In this document: one piece after another, positions 1 through 9,526 of the stretch
Layout of the letters: every line of letters starts with the position of its first letter
Numbering within the stretch: the stretch's first letter is position 1
Origin: Fidelibacterota bacterium
GTDB lineage: Bacteria > Fidelibacterota > Fidelibacteria > Fidelibacterales > DSDE01
Reading direction: 5' to 3'
DNA: 50,136 nt
Assembly (NCBI GenBank): GCA_046735395.1
Contig: JBJKQR010000053.1
Span: 1-50,136 of the forward strand
The notes under the pieces: model-generated
Told to the model about the DNA's origin: nothing
The model's input: the letters and a program-made list of their open reading frames with translations, nothing else
Databases searched by the model: none
Made by a program: the position numbers and the translations under genes

Positions 1-178
1 GACGAATGGGTTTCGCCGGTCTTCCAAAATTGATGTAATAAGGATTTAGCTGGGATTCATACCAGATCCAATCAATTTTATGAGCCAATTTCACTAAAGT
101 ATCTTTGGGATCAATCATTTTATCCAACGTGATTTCAAACAGGGTTCCTTGAGATTGGGAGGATTGATGACCTTTCAT
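1..178 (-). CDS. IS5-family transposase, N-terminal part (runs off the window start)
   Basis: Manual translation from ATG 178 gives MKGHQSSQSQGTLFEITLDKMIDPKDTLVKLAHKIDWIWYESQLNPYYINFGRPAKPIR. The LVKLAxxIDW...GRPAKPIR pattern is typical of IS5 transposase N-termini. RBS GAAAGGA upstream. Confidence 0.8.
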   Translation of the reverse strand, partial: MKGHQSSQSQGTLFEITLDKMIDPKDTLVKLAHKIDWIWYESQLNPYYINFGRPAKPIR

Positions 179-298
179 TTTATCCTTTCGTATTGCCATG
201 TTTTTAATGAATTTAACACTTTCTCGGATAAAATACCAAGTTAATTATTAAGATATATCTATTATTATCAATATGTTATGTGATTATTAAGGGGCGAC
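1..298 (-). mobile_element. Left end of an IS5-family insertion sequence
   Basis: Low GC. Terminal-IR-like TTAAGGGGCGAC (287-298) followed by TA lies about 110 bp upstream of the transposase start. IHF-consensus TATCAATATGTTA at 266-278. Confidence 0.65.
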
Positions 299-319
299 TA
301 TAATAAAATAAGATCATTT

Positions 320-677
320 TAAATTTTCTTTTCGTGTACTTTCGTGGAGTCCGTGGATGTATCTTCAATCCGTGTGAATTCATGTCATCCGTGGATTGTC
401 TGGTTTGCTGGTTGGCGGGTCAATGCGTTAATGCGTGTATGCGTTAAAGGGAAGAAACAAGGCTCCGGAGGAATTATATTTTCGTTCAGATTGTTTCAGA
501 TATTTTTCGTGTTAATTCGTGTTCTTCGTGGATTGTTTGGTTAGCGGGTTAGCGCGTGAGCTGAAGTATTTTATTTAAATGGGACCATTCTAAATTTTCT
601 TTTTCGTGTACTTTCGTGGAATTCGTGGATGTATTTTCAATCCGTGTGAATTCATGTCATCCGTGGATTGTCTGGTT
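320..677. repeat. Two ~86-bp direct repeats (320-405 and 591-677) plus a degenerate partial copy (~505-542), built from TCGTG/CCGTG sub-units
   Basis: Copies align with 3 substitutions and 1 indel: TAAATTTTCTTTT(T)CGTGTACTTTCGTGGA..CGTGGATGTAT.TTCAATCCGTGTGAATTCATGTCATCCGTGGATTGTCTGGTT. Confidence 0.9.
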
Positions 678-678
678 A

Positions 679-1146
679 TTATGAAAATAGAGAAATGGCG
701 ATCGTTGAGTTCTGGTTCACGACAGCAATCTCATCTCCGCAGGTCACAGTGCCCCCGCGCAGTACTCTGGCAAACACGCCGTCGGTGGGCATGACACAGG
801 TCCCGCTTACCTGGCGGATAATACAGCCATGGTGGCATTCCTTTCCGATCTGTGTGACTTCCAGCAGAACAGATTCCCCCAGGGCGAGACGGGTTCCGAT
901 GGGAAGCTCGGTCAGCGCCAGTCCTTCCGTGAGAATATTTTCGGCAAAAACGCCCGGGCTGAGATCCAGTCCGTGGCCTTCGAGCGTCCGAACGGATTCG
1001 ACCGGAAGCAAGGATACCTGCCGGTGCCAGGTTCCGGCATGAGCGTCGCCGAGGATCCCGTAGTTCATGCGAAATTCCGCCGACACCACCGTTTGCTTCT
1101 GAGTTCCTTTTTTTCCTGAAATATTTACAGCCAGTATCCGTCCCAT
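679..1146 (-). CDS. MOSC domain-containing protein
   Basis: GDAHAGTWHRQVSLL, GVFAENILTEG, TQIGKECH...CVMP motifs; last gene of the Moco operon. Confidence 0.9.
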   Translation of the reverse strand: MGRILAVNISGKKGTQKQTVVSAEFRMNYGILGDAHAGTWHRQVSLLPVESVRTLEGHGLDLSPGVFAENILTEGLALTELPIGTRLALGESVLLEVTQIGKECHHGCIIRQVSGTCVMPTDGVFARVLRGGTVTCGDEIAVVNQNSTIAISLFS

Positions 1147-2343
1147 TCACAACCTCCATGACAAGGGCAGGCAGGGCAGCTCCGCCCCGGTCCCGTAGCC
1201 TGATTCCGATCTGTCCACAATGACCAGCACATCCGCACGGGCGGCATGATGAATCTGGTAGCTTTCCTGTCCTTCCGGTATGGTCAGCCTTCCCTTTTCA
1301 TCCGTCATACCCCAGCGGAAATATACCCGATTACTGCGATTCTTCAGTTCATGATTTAATATTAGTCGTTTTATAGTTAAGCCTTTATCTAACTTATAAT
1401 AATTTTTCATCAGGAAGGCCTTGATATACAATTCAGAGGTCATCATGACAGCGCCGGGATTTCCGGGCAGAGCAAAGACCTGTTTGCCGTCCTTTTCCGC
1501 AAAGGTCATGGGCTTTCCCGGCTTCTGCGCAACCCGGGTGAAGCGAAGATCCGCGCCTATATCCGTCAGCACCGGCCGCACGAAATCATAATCGCCCATG
1601 GAGACGCCGCCGCTGCTGATAATCAGGTCCGCCTCTTCAAAAGCACGGATAAAGCTCTGCTTCACGTCCTCATAGCTGTCCCCCACATGCTGAATATCCG
1701 CAGAAAATCCCAGCCGGGCCAGGAAGGCTTTCAGAAAGGGGCCGTTGCTGTCGCGGATTCCACCTTCGGCTGTACCGCCATTCACTTCATTCCCGGTAAT
1801 CAGCACCCGGATGCGGGGACGCCTGCAAACCCGGATTTTTTCCAGACCCTGACTGCTGCAGAGTGCCAGGGCCGCCGGATTCAGAAGCTGTCCGGCTTCC
1901 AGCAGGCGATCTCCCTTCCGGAAGCTTTCGCCCTGTCTCCGGATATGCCGTCCCGTTTCAGGAAAACGGTCCAGAATCAGAAAGCCATTTTCCTCATGGC
2001 CATCCTCCACGGGAACCACTGTATCCGCGCCCTCGGGCATTCGCGCGCCGGTCATGATTTTCACGGCTGTCCCGGATACGACCGGTGCGGACACCGGCCC
2101 TCCCGCCTGAATCTCACCGGTCACCGGAAAACGCAGCGGGAAAGACAGGTTTTTTCTATCTATATCATGAATATTCAGGGCATAGCCATCCATGGCGCTG
2201 TTATCAAAAGGAGGCTGATCCTCGCGAACGGGCAGCGCATCTGCGCTTACAGCATTCAGACACTGTTCCAGGGCCTTTTCCTCCTCGCCCCAGGAAGCGG
2301 GCGAGGACAGAACGATATTCAGGGCTTCCTGCCATGAAATCAT
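1147..2343 (-). CDS. moeA: Molybdopterin molybdotransferase MoeA
   Basis: PPFDNSAMDGYA, IMTGA, SGGVSMGDYD, QKPGKP, LPGNP motifs. Start placed at ATG 2343 (RBS GGAGGAG, ATGA overlap with the moaCB stop). Confidence 0.95.
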   Translation of the reverse strand: MISWQEALNIVLSSPASWGEEEKALEQCLNAVSADALPVREDQPPFDNSAMDGYALNIHDIDRKNLSFPLRFPVTGEIQAGGPVSAPVVSGTAVKIMTGARMPEGADTVVPVEDGHEENGFLILDRFPETGRHIRRQGESFRKGDRLLEAGQLLNPAALALCSSQGLEKIRVCRRPRIRVLITGNEVNGGTAEGGIRDSNGPFLKAFLARLGFSADIQHVGDSYEDVKQSFIRAFEEADLIISSGGVSMGDYDFVRPVLTDIGADLRFTRVAQKPGKPMTFAEKDGKQVFALPGNPGAVMMTSELYIKAFLMKNYYKLDKGLTIKRLILNHELKNRSNRVYFRWGMTDEKGRLTIPEGQESYQIHHAARADVLVIVDRSESGYGTGAELPCLPLSWRL

Positions 2344-3299
2344 GATTTTTCTCCTCCGTGTCGCTTCCCTTCCATCATGGGAAAGGCATGGAGGATATGG
2401 GGAAACAGCGAATCCAGTGCATCCTGCGCTGCGGCCGGCGAACCGGGCAGACACAGAACCAGCGCGTTTTTCATGATACCGGCCGTCATTCTGGACAGCA
2501 TGGCATTCCGTGTATTTCGAATCCCGAATTGATGGAACAGCTGGGACACGCCATCCAGCCTTTTCTCAAACAGCGGCTGGAGGGTTTCGACGGTCTGATC
2601 CCGGGAGCTCACGCCGGTGCCGCCACTCGTGATAATCAGCCTGGCTCCATCAACAATGGATTTTTCCACAAGCTGTCGCAGCTGATCCGCTTCATCCGGA
2701 ATAATACTCAGACTGAGATGTTCGCAGCCCATTGATTTCAATCCCTCTGTCAGGACTGCGCCGCTTCGGTCTTCCGCTGTCCCGGCCGCAATACTGTCCG
2801 ACAGAACAATCACCGCTGTCCGAGGCCATGACTGCTGTTTTTGGTCTGAGCGGCCGCCCCGCTTTGCCACCAGGCGGATATCCCCGATCACGGCATTCTT
2901 TTCCACAGCCTTCACCATATCATAAATGGTCAGACAGGCGACGGATACGGCAGTGAGGGCTTCCATTTCCACGCCGGTGGCGTCATCCGCCCGCACCAGC
3001 GCCCGAACGGAAATATGATCCTCCGCCGGATCCAGCTTTACATCAATCCACTGCAGATGCAGAGGATGACACAAAGGAATCAGATCGGAACAGCGTTTTG
3101 CAGCCTGAATCCCGGCGATTTTGGCTGTCGCCAGCACATTCCCTTTGGCCACATCATGTCCGGCAATCCGCTTCAGCGTGCCGGCACTGAGGGTTATCCG
3201 CCCTTCGGCCTCCGCTGTTCTCAGGCTTTTCAATTTATTCGATACATCCACCATCTTCACTTCTCCCTGCGGGCTGAGATGAGAAAATCCGTCTGTCAT
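2340..3299 (-). CDS. moaCB: Bifunctional MoaC / MoaB-MogA fusion
   Basis: N-terminal MVDVSNK, LIPLCHP, TGVEMEALT (MoaC); C-terminal SGGTGVSSRD, LPGSP (MoaB/MogA). Confidence 0.92.
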   Translation of the reverse strand: MTDGFSHLSPQGEVKMVDVSNKLKSLRTAEAEGRITLSAGTLKRIAGHDVAKGNVLATAKIAGIQAAKRCSDLIPLCHPLHLQWIDVKLDPAEDHISVRALVRADDATGVEMEALTAVSVACLTIYDMVKAVEKNAVIGDIRLVAKRGGRSDQKQQSWPRTAVIVLSDSIAAGTAEDRSGAVLTEGLKSMGCEHLSLSIIPDEADQLRQLVEKSIVDGARLIITSGGTGVSSRDQTVETLQPLFEKRLDGVSQLFHQFGIRNTRNAMLSRMTAGIMKNALVLCLPGSPAAAQDALDSLFPHILHAFPMMEGKRHGGEKS

Positions 3300-4298
3300 T
3301 TAGCCTCCGATACGGTTCATGGGTTTAGTATCAAGGTCTTCATTCAACTTTTCTGCCAAAATGCCTGTTCTGGATTTCTCACATATAAATTGATGAAGTC
3401 CCTCCCGGAAGGAAGCGCTGCCCGGGTCTTCTGAAATTTTACTCAGATCCAGGCGGCTCCTGCTGTAAAGGCAGTGAGCAAGTGTTCCGTCGGGTCCCAG
3501 ACGCAGGCGATTACAGCTGCTGCAGAAATGCCGGCTGTAGGCGGCAATTACTCCGATCTGCAGCGGAGAGTCCTGAAATCCGAAGAGTGGATGAGGACTG
3601 TCTCCCTTTTCTACGGGCTTCAGCGAAAATTCATCCTGAAGCCGGGCCATCATCACCTTCGCCGATACAAAACGACGGTTCGTCCAGGCTTTTTCCGAAT
3701 CAAAGGGCATATATTCGATGAAGCGTAATTGCAGGGGATAAGCGTATAATAGTTTTACCATATCCTGTATTTTATCATCATTCACCCCCCCGATCACCAC
3801 CATATTCACTTTCAGTATCTGCCGGGATGTCGACAGGAGAAATTCAATGCCATCCATCACCTTGCTGAAATGATCCCGGCCGCTGATGATCCGGAACAGA
3901 TCCGGATCGGGCGCATCCAGCGAAATATTCCAGCGCAGCCAGGGCCGCTGACGAATTTCTTCCTGAAAACTCAGAATACGGGAACCGTTCGATGTAACAC
4001 CCACATCCCTCACACCCCCCAGGGCTTTCACCTGATCCGCCAGGGAAAAGAGGTCCCGAACCAGCAGCGGTTCACCTCCGGTGAGCCGGATTTTATCGAC
4101 GCCCTGTGCAACCAGATTTTTTATGATGTGCAGCAGGCGCGGCAGATCCAGACTCGTGTCCGCCGGCAGAAAAGACAGAGGCCCGTCCTGGCCAATGCAG
4201 TAACTGCAGCGGAAATTGCAGCGATCGGTCAGAGAAACCCGCAGATACGTGTGCCGGCGCCCAAAATGATCTGTTAAATATACTGTGTTCCCGTTCAG
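3300..4298 (-). CDS. moaA: GTP 3',8-cyclase MoaA (radical SAM), probable CTG start
   Basis: The frame extends upstream of the ORF-track start through DHFGRRHTYLRVSLTDRCNFRCSYC and TGGEPL. C-terminal CSSCNRLRL...C and MNRIGG. The only plausible initiator after the in-frame TGA is CTG 4298, 6 nt after AAGGAG. Confidence 0.92.
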   Translation of the reverse strand: MNGNTVYLTDHFGRRHTYLRVSLTDRCNFRCSYCIGQDGPLSFLPADTSLDLPRLLHIIKNLVAQGVDKIRLTGGEPLLVRDLFSLADQVKALGGVRDVGVTSNGSRILSFQEEIRQRPWLRWNISLDAPDPDLFRIISGRDHFSKVMDGIEFLLSTSRQILKVNMVVIGGVNDDKIQDMVKLLYAYPLQLRFIEYMPFDSEKAWTNRRFVSAKVMMARLQDEFSLKPVEKGDSPHPLFGFQDSPLQIGVIAAYSRHFCSSCNRLRLGPDGTLAHCLYSRSRLDLSKISEDPGSASFREGLHQFICEKSRTGILAEKLNEDLDTKPMNRIGG

Positions 4299-4301
4299 GT
4301 T

Positions 4302-4417
4302 CTGCTCCTTTCCAAGTCAGTTCTTTCGAACGTCGGGAGGGTGCATCGTTTCCAATCCACCCCGTCGGCTCAGTCCCATATACCTGCGTACACAGAGACT
4401 TTCGCTCGGAACAGCTC
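4302..4417 (-). ncRNA. Moco (molybdenum cofactor) riboswitch
   Basis: Minus strand reads CTGTTCCGAGC...TATGG...GCCGACGGGGTG...GGAAAC...CCTCCCG...TTGGAAAGGAGCAG. P1 (CTGTTCC/GGAGCAG) sequesters the moaA RBS. Confidence 0.88.
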
Positions 4418-4510
4418 TAATTTATCAGTTTTAACTCTCTTTTCAAATCACAAGTTGCCGTGGTCTCTGCGAAATACGAAAATACCAAAATGCTTTTTGG
4501 CCGAATTATC

Positions 4511-4987
4511 TCAACGGCGGGGTTTTACGGACAATCCCAGTATCATTCTTGCCAGAGGCGCTTCGTCCGGATGATCAGCCGCCCGCAGCAGAACTTCAAT
4601 ATCACCGGTGGCCCGCTCCCCTGTTTCAAGTGCTTTGTCCACCAGTTTCTTCACCTTTTCTCCGGCCTCACAGATAAAAAGGGCATCCGTTTCAACCCGA
4701 CGCAGAAAATCCGCCTGAAAGGTCTTAAATATAGGCACAACCGTTTTCCCCTTTTCCTGCGTTCCGGCCAGAGCAAGCAATCCGGCAGCCAGATCAGCCC
4801 CCACGGCGATCGCTCCCAGATACATGGATCCCACATGATTCCGGGTCCGGCGACGCAATCGAATCCGAATAATACAGCGTTCAGGCCCCAATTCCTCAAT
4901 CCTCGGACAGACATAGGCAATCATGGGAATTTTCCAGAAAAAATAGAGAGAGAGACTCAGTCGCTTCCATACTCCGATCCGCTCCAT
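4511..4987 (-). CDS. Hotdog-fold (PaaI/YiiD C-terminal, DUF4442-like) protein
   Basis: RTRNHVGSMYLGAIAVGADLAAG motif. Confidence 0.75.
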   Translation of the reverse strand: MERIGVWKRLSLSLYFFWKIPMIAYVCPRIEELGPERCIIRIRLRRRTRNHVGSMYLGAIAVGADLAAGLLALAGTQEKGKTVVPIFKTFQADFLRRVETDALFICEAGEKVKKLVDKALETGERATGDIEVLLRAADHPDEAPLARMILGLSVKPRR

Positions 4988-5127
4988 AGCCGCCCCCTTC
5001 GTATGAATAAATATATGGAATCAGCTCTTGGCCGCCAACACCTATTCCAGGATCCTCTGTCACTCAAATAAATTCGGTCACCTTACTATCTCCTGTTTAC
5101 ATTGTCGGACATTTTTGCTAAACTCCA

Positions 5128-6057
5128 ATGAAAACAACAACAGGGGGATCTGTGGTCGGAAAGAAGATCAGCGATAAATCAACAGAACAGCAGAATGAAC
5201 GGTCCATGCAGATCGATACGCTCAGCAGCCGGGAAATTCTCAAAATCATGAACGAAGATGACAAGGGCGTTCCCTTTGCGGTTGAGAAGGCGCTTCCCGA
5301 GATCGAACGTTTTGTGGATGCAGTTGTGGAATCCATGAAAAACGACGGTAAATTATTTTATGTGGGGGCCGGAACAAGCGGCCGGCTGGGCGTCCTGGAC
5401 GCCAGCGAGATCCCGCCCACCTTTTCCGCTCCCACCGACCTGGTTCAGGGTATCATCGCCGGTGGCTACAAGGCTCTCACATCAGCGGTCGAAGGTGCCG
5501 AAGATCATTATGACGACGGCGTGGATGTGGTGGACGAATATATGGTAGGGCCGAATGACTGTCTGCTGGGCATCACGACCAGCGGGTATGCGCCCTATGT
5601 TCATGGCGCCCTGAAGCGGGCCAAGGAAAAGGGTGCCTTCACGGGCCTGCTCATCTGCAACGAAGCAAAGGACTATGACAATACGGATGTTGTCATCTCC
5701 GCGGTCGTCGGGCCCGAAATCGTCACCGGATCCACCCGCCTGAAAGCAGGAACCGCCACCAAGCTCATTCTGAACATGATCACAACGACTGCCATGATCC
5801 GCATGAATAAAACCTACGGCAACCTGATGGTCGATATGATGGCGCTGAACAGCAAGCTCTGGGACCGGGGAACCCGTATTCTCACCCATCTCACTGACTG
5901 GGACTACGACAAGGCCCTGGCCCTTCTGAAATCCGCCAATGGCGAAGTCAAGACCGCTCTCGTCATGATCCTGAAAAATCTGGATTATGATGAAGCCAAA
6001 TCGAAACTGGCCCGCGTGGACGGCGCCCTCCGCAGAGTCCTGGACGCTGCGGACTAA
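5128..6057 (+). CDS. murQ: N-acetylmuramic acid 6-phosphate etherase
   Basis: TEQQN, GAGTSGRLGVLDASEIPPTF, EGAED, GPEIVTGSTRLKAGTATK. GTG 5152 is an alternative start. Confidence 0.96.
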   Translation: MKTTTGGSVVGKKISDKSTEQQNERSMQIDTLSSREILKIMNEDDKGVPFAVEKALPEIERFVDAVVESMKNDGKLFYVGAGTSGRLGVLDASEIPPTFSAPTDLVQGIIAGGYKALTSAVEGAEDHYDDGVDVVDEYMVGPNDCLLGITTSGYAPYVHGALKRAKEKGAFTGLLICNEAKDYDNTDVVISAVVGPEIVTGSTRLKAGTATKLILNMITTTAMIRMNKTYGNLMVDMMALNSKLWDRGTRILTHLTDWDYDKALALLKSANGEVKTALVMILKNLDYDEAKSKLARVDGALRRVLDAAD

Positions 6058-6088
6058 TATACGCCAGCTCATCCGGTTATACGCTTAC

Positions 6089-6127
6089 AAAGCCCTGTGA
6101 CTCATCGAGCATCAGGGCTTTTTTTTC
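6089..6127 (+). terminator. Rho-independent terminator after murQ
   Basis: AAAGCCCTG...CAGGGCTTT stem followed by a T-run. Confidence 0.8.
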
Positions 6128-6317
6128 AGATGGTGAAAAGTTCGGACCTTGAGAGAAATAAAACCTCCCGAACCCCCTGACCCTTCTTAAAATATCCCGG
6201 CAGAATGGAGTGCAGTGTCCCGGAAGAATTGAAGAATCATACAGACGTATCGTGAAAAAAGATGTGCAGACGAGGAAATGGCTTTTCCACAGAATTATTT
6301 ATAAAGCGATTCCTGAA

Positions 6318-7949
6318 TCATTCAGCAAGCACGAAGGTGTTTTTGCCGGAATTCTTTGCCTGATACATGGCCGAATCGGCATCATTCAGCAGAACATCCC
6401 GTTCCTTTTCTCCACTGGACGTGGCAATTCCCATGCTGATGCCCACATGGACATCCCGGCCATTGAATGTGAATTTTTCCTGGAATTTTTCCAGAATATT
6501 TGCAGCCACCGCTTTCGCATCGTCCGCCGCCCGGATCTGGCTGAGAATGATAGTGAATTCATCCCCGCCCATTCTCGCGACCGTATCACTCTCTCTCACC
6601 GCGCCGAGAAGGCGGAAGGCCGTCTGCTGCAGAACATAATCGCCCGCGTCGTGGCCCAGGCTGTCATTCACATCCTTGAAGCCGTCCAGATCCAGATACA
6701 TGAGCGCCAGCGTATGTTTGTAGCGCCGGGCATTTTTCATGACCAGATCCAGCCGATCATAAAACAGACTGCGATTGGGCAGGTTCGTGAGCGTATCAAA
6801 ATTCGCATGATGAAACAATTGATCCCGGTCGTGCTTTTTTGATGCGAGGCTCCGGGCAACCATCCAGGCCGGAAATACCATGATCAGAATAAAAATGATC
6901 GCAATGGTCAGCAGACGCCGGGCCAGGTTCGCATTCAGCAGATAAATCCTTTCCTGGGGAACGTGATTGACTATATACCAGCGAAGGCCGCCGACATCAG
7001 CTTGGCTGTCCGCTATGTCCGGATCCGTCGGATTCAGGCTGACATTAACACGGTAGGAGGTAAATATTCCATTCAAATTCGCCGTCTGGTACAAGGGAAC
7101 GGCCTGGACATAACCCCATTCCTCCGGGTTGTCCCGCATGAAGCTCTCTTTTTCCCGGCCGGGTACAGCAAAGCCCCAGCGGGCAGATTCGAGCCGGCTG
7201 TAGAGGAAATAGCCATCCTCATCAAGTAGAAAATGGTGCGCATCCCCAAGTTTTTCAGTTACTGCGAAATACTGCGTCAGTTTATCCGCCTTATAGCGGA
7301 TTTCTATGACGCCCATAATCCGGCCGGACTCATCGAATACGGGACGACAGATGTACATAACCGGACGAAAGGGAGTAAGGAGGATCTGATTCTTCTTTTC
7401 AAGAACCATTCCACTGATGAAAAAATGATCATCCTCGGATTGCAGTGCCCGGGAAACAAGCATGTCCAGTTCGGATGACCGCCTGTCATGTTCCCGGCAA
7501 CGGATAAGCCGTCCGCTGCTGTCGACCTCCTCACAGAACAGGTCTCTGCCGGATGAATCAAATAAGCGGACCTGATCATAGAAGCCTTTGACACTCAGGA
7601 AAGTTTGTAGGTTGCTCAGGAGATCTGCGCCGCTGCCACCCCGGGCCAGGGTTCGAAGTGCCGGACGGAGAATCGCCGGAGCGCTGATGAATTCTATATC
7701 GCTGCGGAGCATCTGAAATTCCTTGCGCAGAAGCTGATCCTGTAGCAGAATGCTCTGCTTTTCCTGAAGCATGAGATTTCGCCGGTAATCATTGACCTGA
7801 TAGGAATAAAAACTTCTGAAAATCAGAGTCGTAATGGCCGTGAGAATCAGAAAAGCCACAAAGAACATCTGCAGTGTTTCGGTTCTGATTTTCCTGTTTT
7901 CCGGAGGATTTGCAATCATTGCTAAGAGAAGGATCTCCCCTTGTTTCAT
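6318..7949 (-). CDS. Membrane sensor (Cache-like) diguanylate cyclase
   Basis: Two TM segments flank a periplasmic domain. DTLTNLPNR, DLDGFKDVND and RMGGDEF motifs, with RESD (RxxD) upstream. Confidence 0.92.
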   Translation of the reverse strand: MKQGEILLLAMIANPPENRKIRTETLQMFFVAFLILTAITTLIFRSFYSYQVNDYRRNLMLQEKQSILLQDQLLRKEFQMLRSDIEFISAPAILRPALRTLARGGSGADLLSNLQTFLSVKGFYDQVRLFDSSGRDLFCEEVDSSGRLIRCREHDRRSSELDMLVSRALQSEDDHFFISGMVLEKKNQILLTPFRPVMYICRPVFDESGRIMGVIEIRYKADKLTQYFAVTEKLGDAHHFLLDEDGYFLYSRLESARWGFAVPGREKESFMRDNPEEWGYVQAVPLYQTANLNGIFTSYRVNVSLNPTDPDIADSQADVGGLRWYIVNHVPQERIYLLNANLARRLLTIAIIFILIMVFPAWMVARSLASKKHDRDQLFHHANFDTLTNLPNRSLFYDRLDLVMKNARRYKHTLALMYLDLDGFKDVNDSLGHDAGDYVLQQTAFRLLGAVRESDTVARMGGDEFTIILSQIRAADDAKAVAANILEKFQEKFTFNGRDVHVGISMGIATSSGEKERDVLLNDADSAMYQAKNSGKNTFVLAE

Positions 7950-8057
7950 GGGAAAAATAACAAATTATACCCCGTCATGTCCATAAAAATAAGGATGGAC
8001 CAGCGAACGCAATGGGTAAAAAAGGTCATAATCGGCCTGACTGTGCATTCATCGGAA

Positions 8058-8654
8058 TCAATTCGTGGCAAGCAGTATTTCCAGCTGCTCATCGAGGTCC
8101 GCCTCCATTTCCAGAAGAGTTCCTGTATTCTCAATGATAAGGTGAGCGTATCCGCGCTTTTTTTCTTCCGGCATCTGCAGGGCCATCCGGGACAGAATCT
8201 GCTCCCGGGACAGACTGCCCCGCTCAAGCGCCCTATGAACTCTCAATTTCTCGGGGGCAGTGACCAGAACGATTCGATCGTACACGGAAGCATGGCCTGC
8301 CTCCAGCAGCATGGACGCTTCCACCGCCGCCAGTTTGTGTCCGGCCTTTTCACATTTCTGAAAGAAAAGGCTGATTTCCTGCGCAACCACGGGATGAACG
8401 AGGTGATTGAGTTCTTCCTGGGCCGCTCTGTCAGTAAAGGCGCGCCCGGCAAGTGCCGCGCGGTTCAGCTTTCCCTGTGCGTACAGATCCTCACCGAATC
8501 GCCGTTTGATTTCATGCATCAGCCCGGCGTTGTCCTCAAGGCAGCGTTTGGCAATCTGATCCGCATCCGCAACCGGAATACCGCGACGATGCAGCAATTC
8601 CAGCCAGGCACTCTTGCCGGATCCCAGGCCGCCCGTTACCCCTACCTTTACCAT
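8058..8654 (-). CDS. coaE: Dephospho-CoA kinase
   Basis: GVTGGLGSGKS, DADQIA, LNRAALA, LNHLVHP. Confidence 0.93.
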   Translation of the reverse strand: MVKVGVTGGLGSGKSAWLELLHRRGIPVADADQIAKRCLEDNAGLMHEIKRRFGEDLYAQGKLNRAALAGRAFTDRAAQEELNHLVHPVVAQEISLFFQKCEKAGHKLAAVEASMLLEAGHASVYDRIVLVTAPEKLRVHRALERGSLSREQILSRMALQMPEEKKRGYAHLIIENTGTLLEMEADLDEQLEILLATN

Positions 8655-8656
8655 AT

Positions 8657-9301
8657 TTAAATATTTAGTTTATCTATTATTCTATTATAAATATCCTGAA
8701 CCTCGCCCTGCCCATTCACCGAAACATAAATCCCCTCCTGCCGATAAAAATTCAGCAGGGGCATAGTCTTTTCCATATAGATATTCATACGCCGGACAAT
8801 GGTATCCTTCCTGTCATCATCCCGCTGATACAGCTCTCCGCCGCAGCTGCTGCAGGCCGGCATTTCCGGAAGTCCATCCGGATAGGAATAGATGGCATGG
8901 CAGTCCCGGCAGGTCCAGCGGGAACAGAGACGATGCACCAGTTCACTTTCCGGTACATCGATATGCAGAGCCACATCCAGAGACATTTCATGCTGCGCCA
9001 GAACCGTCTTCAGACCTTCGGCCTGCATAATGGTCCGGGGAAATCCGTCCAGAATGAAGCCGCTGTTCTGCTGACTGAATTCAGATAATTTATGATCGAT
9101 GATGCGCAGCATAACATCATCCGGAACCAGCTCACCCTTATTCATGAATTGAGCCGCCTTGTCGCCCAGATCCGTTTTCAGCCCGATCTCCTTTCGCAGA
9201 AGGTCTCCGGTGCTTAATTTCACAATACCGAGTTCTGTCTTAAGGAGATCCGCCTGTGTCCCTTTTCCGGAGCCTGGCGCACCCAACAGTATCATTCTCA
9301 T
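8657..9301 (-). CDS. adk: Adenylate kinase (Zn-type LID)
   Basis: GAPGSGKGTQA, STGDLLR, LDGFPRT, CxxC...CxxC, QRDDD. Confidence 0.97.
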   Translation of the reverse strand: MRMILLGAPGSGKGTQADLLKTELGIVKLSTGDLLRKEIGLKTDLGDKAAQFMNKGELVPDDVMLRIIDHKLSEFSQQNSGFILDGFPRTIMQAEGLKTVLAQHEMSLDVALHIDVPESELVHRLCSRWTCRDCHAIYSYPDGLPEMPACSSCGGELYQRDDDRKDTIVRRMNIYMEKTMPLLNFYRQEGIYVSVNGQGEVQDIYNRIIDKLNI

Positions 9302-9526
9302 AAAACCTCCGACTGCCTACCTCTTTTATCCATCGGAAGTTAGCAGGAATATGCAAAAAATACTAAATGTTATTTCCCCATCCGGATAAAAAGGAACTCA
9401 ACACTACAGATGGACGGAGCGTCTGTTTCCGCATCCATGTCAACCTCGTCAGTTTTTAAAAAATATTAGTATTATAGTTAATATATTGTTGCTTTTAATC
9501 CGCTTCCCAATTTCAGCATCGCAGGC

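Noticed and set aside
320..677. Possible CRISPR array
   Set aside because: Only two full units, 86 bp long with a ~185-bp gap. No regular repeat-spacer pattern and no cas genes.
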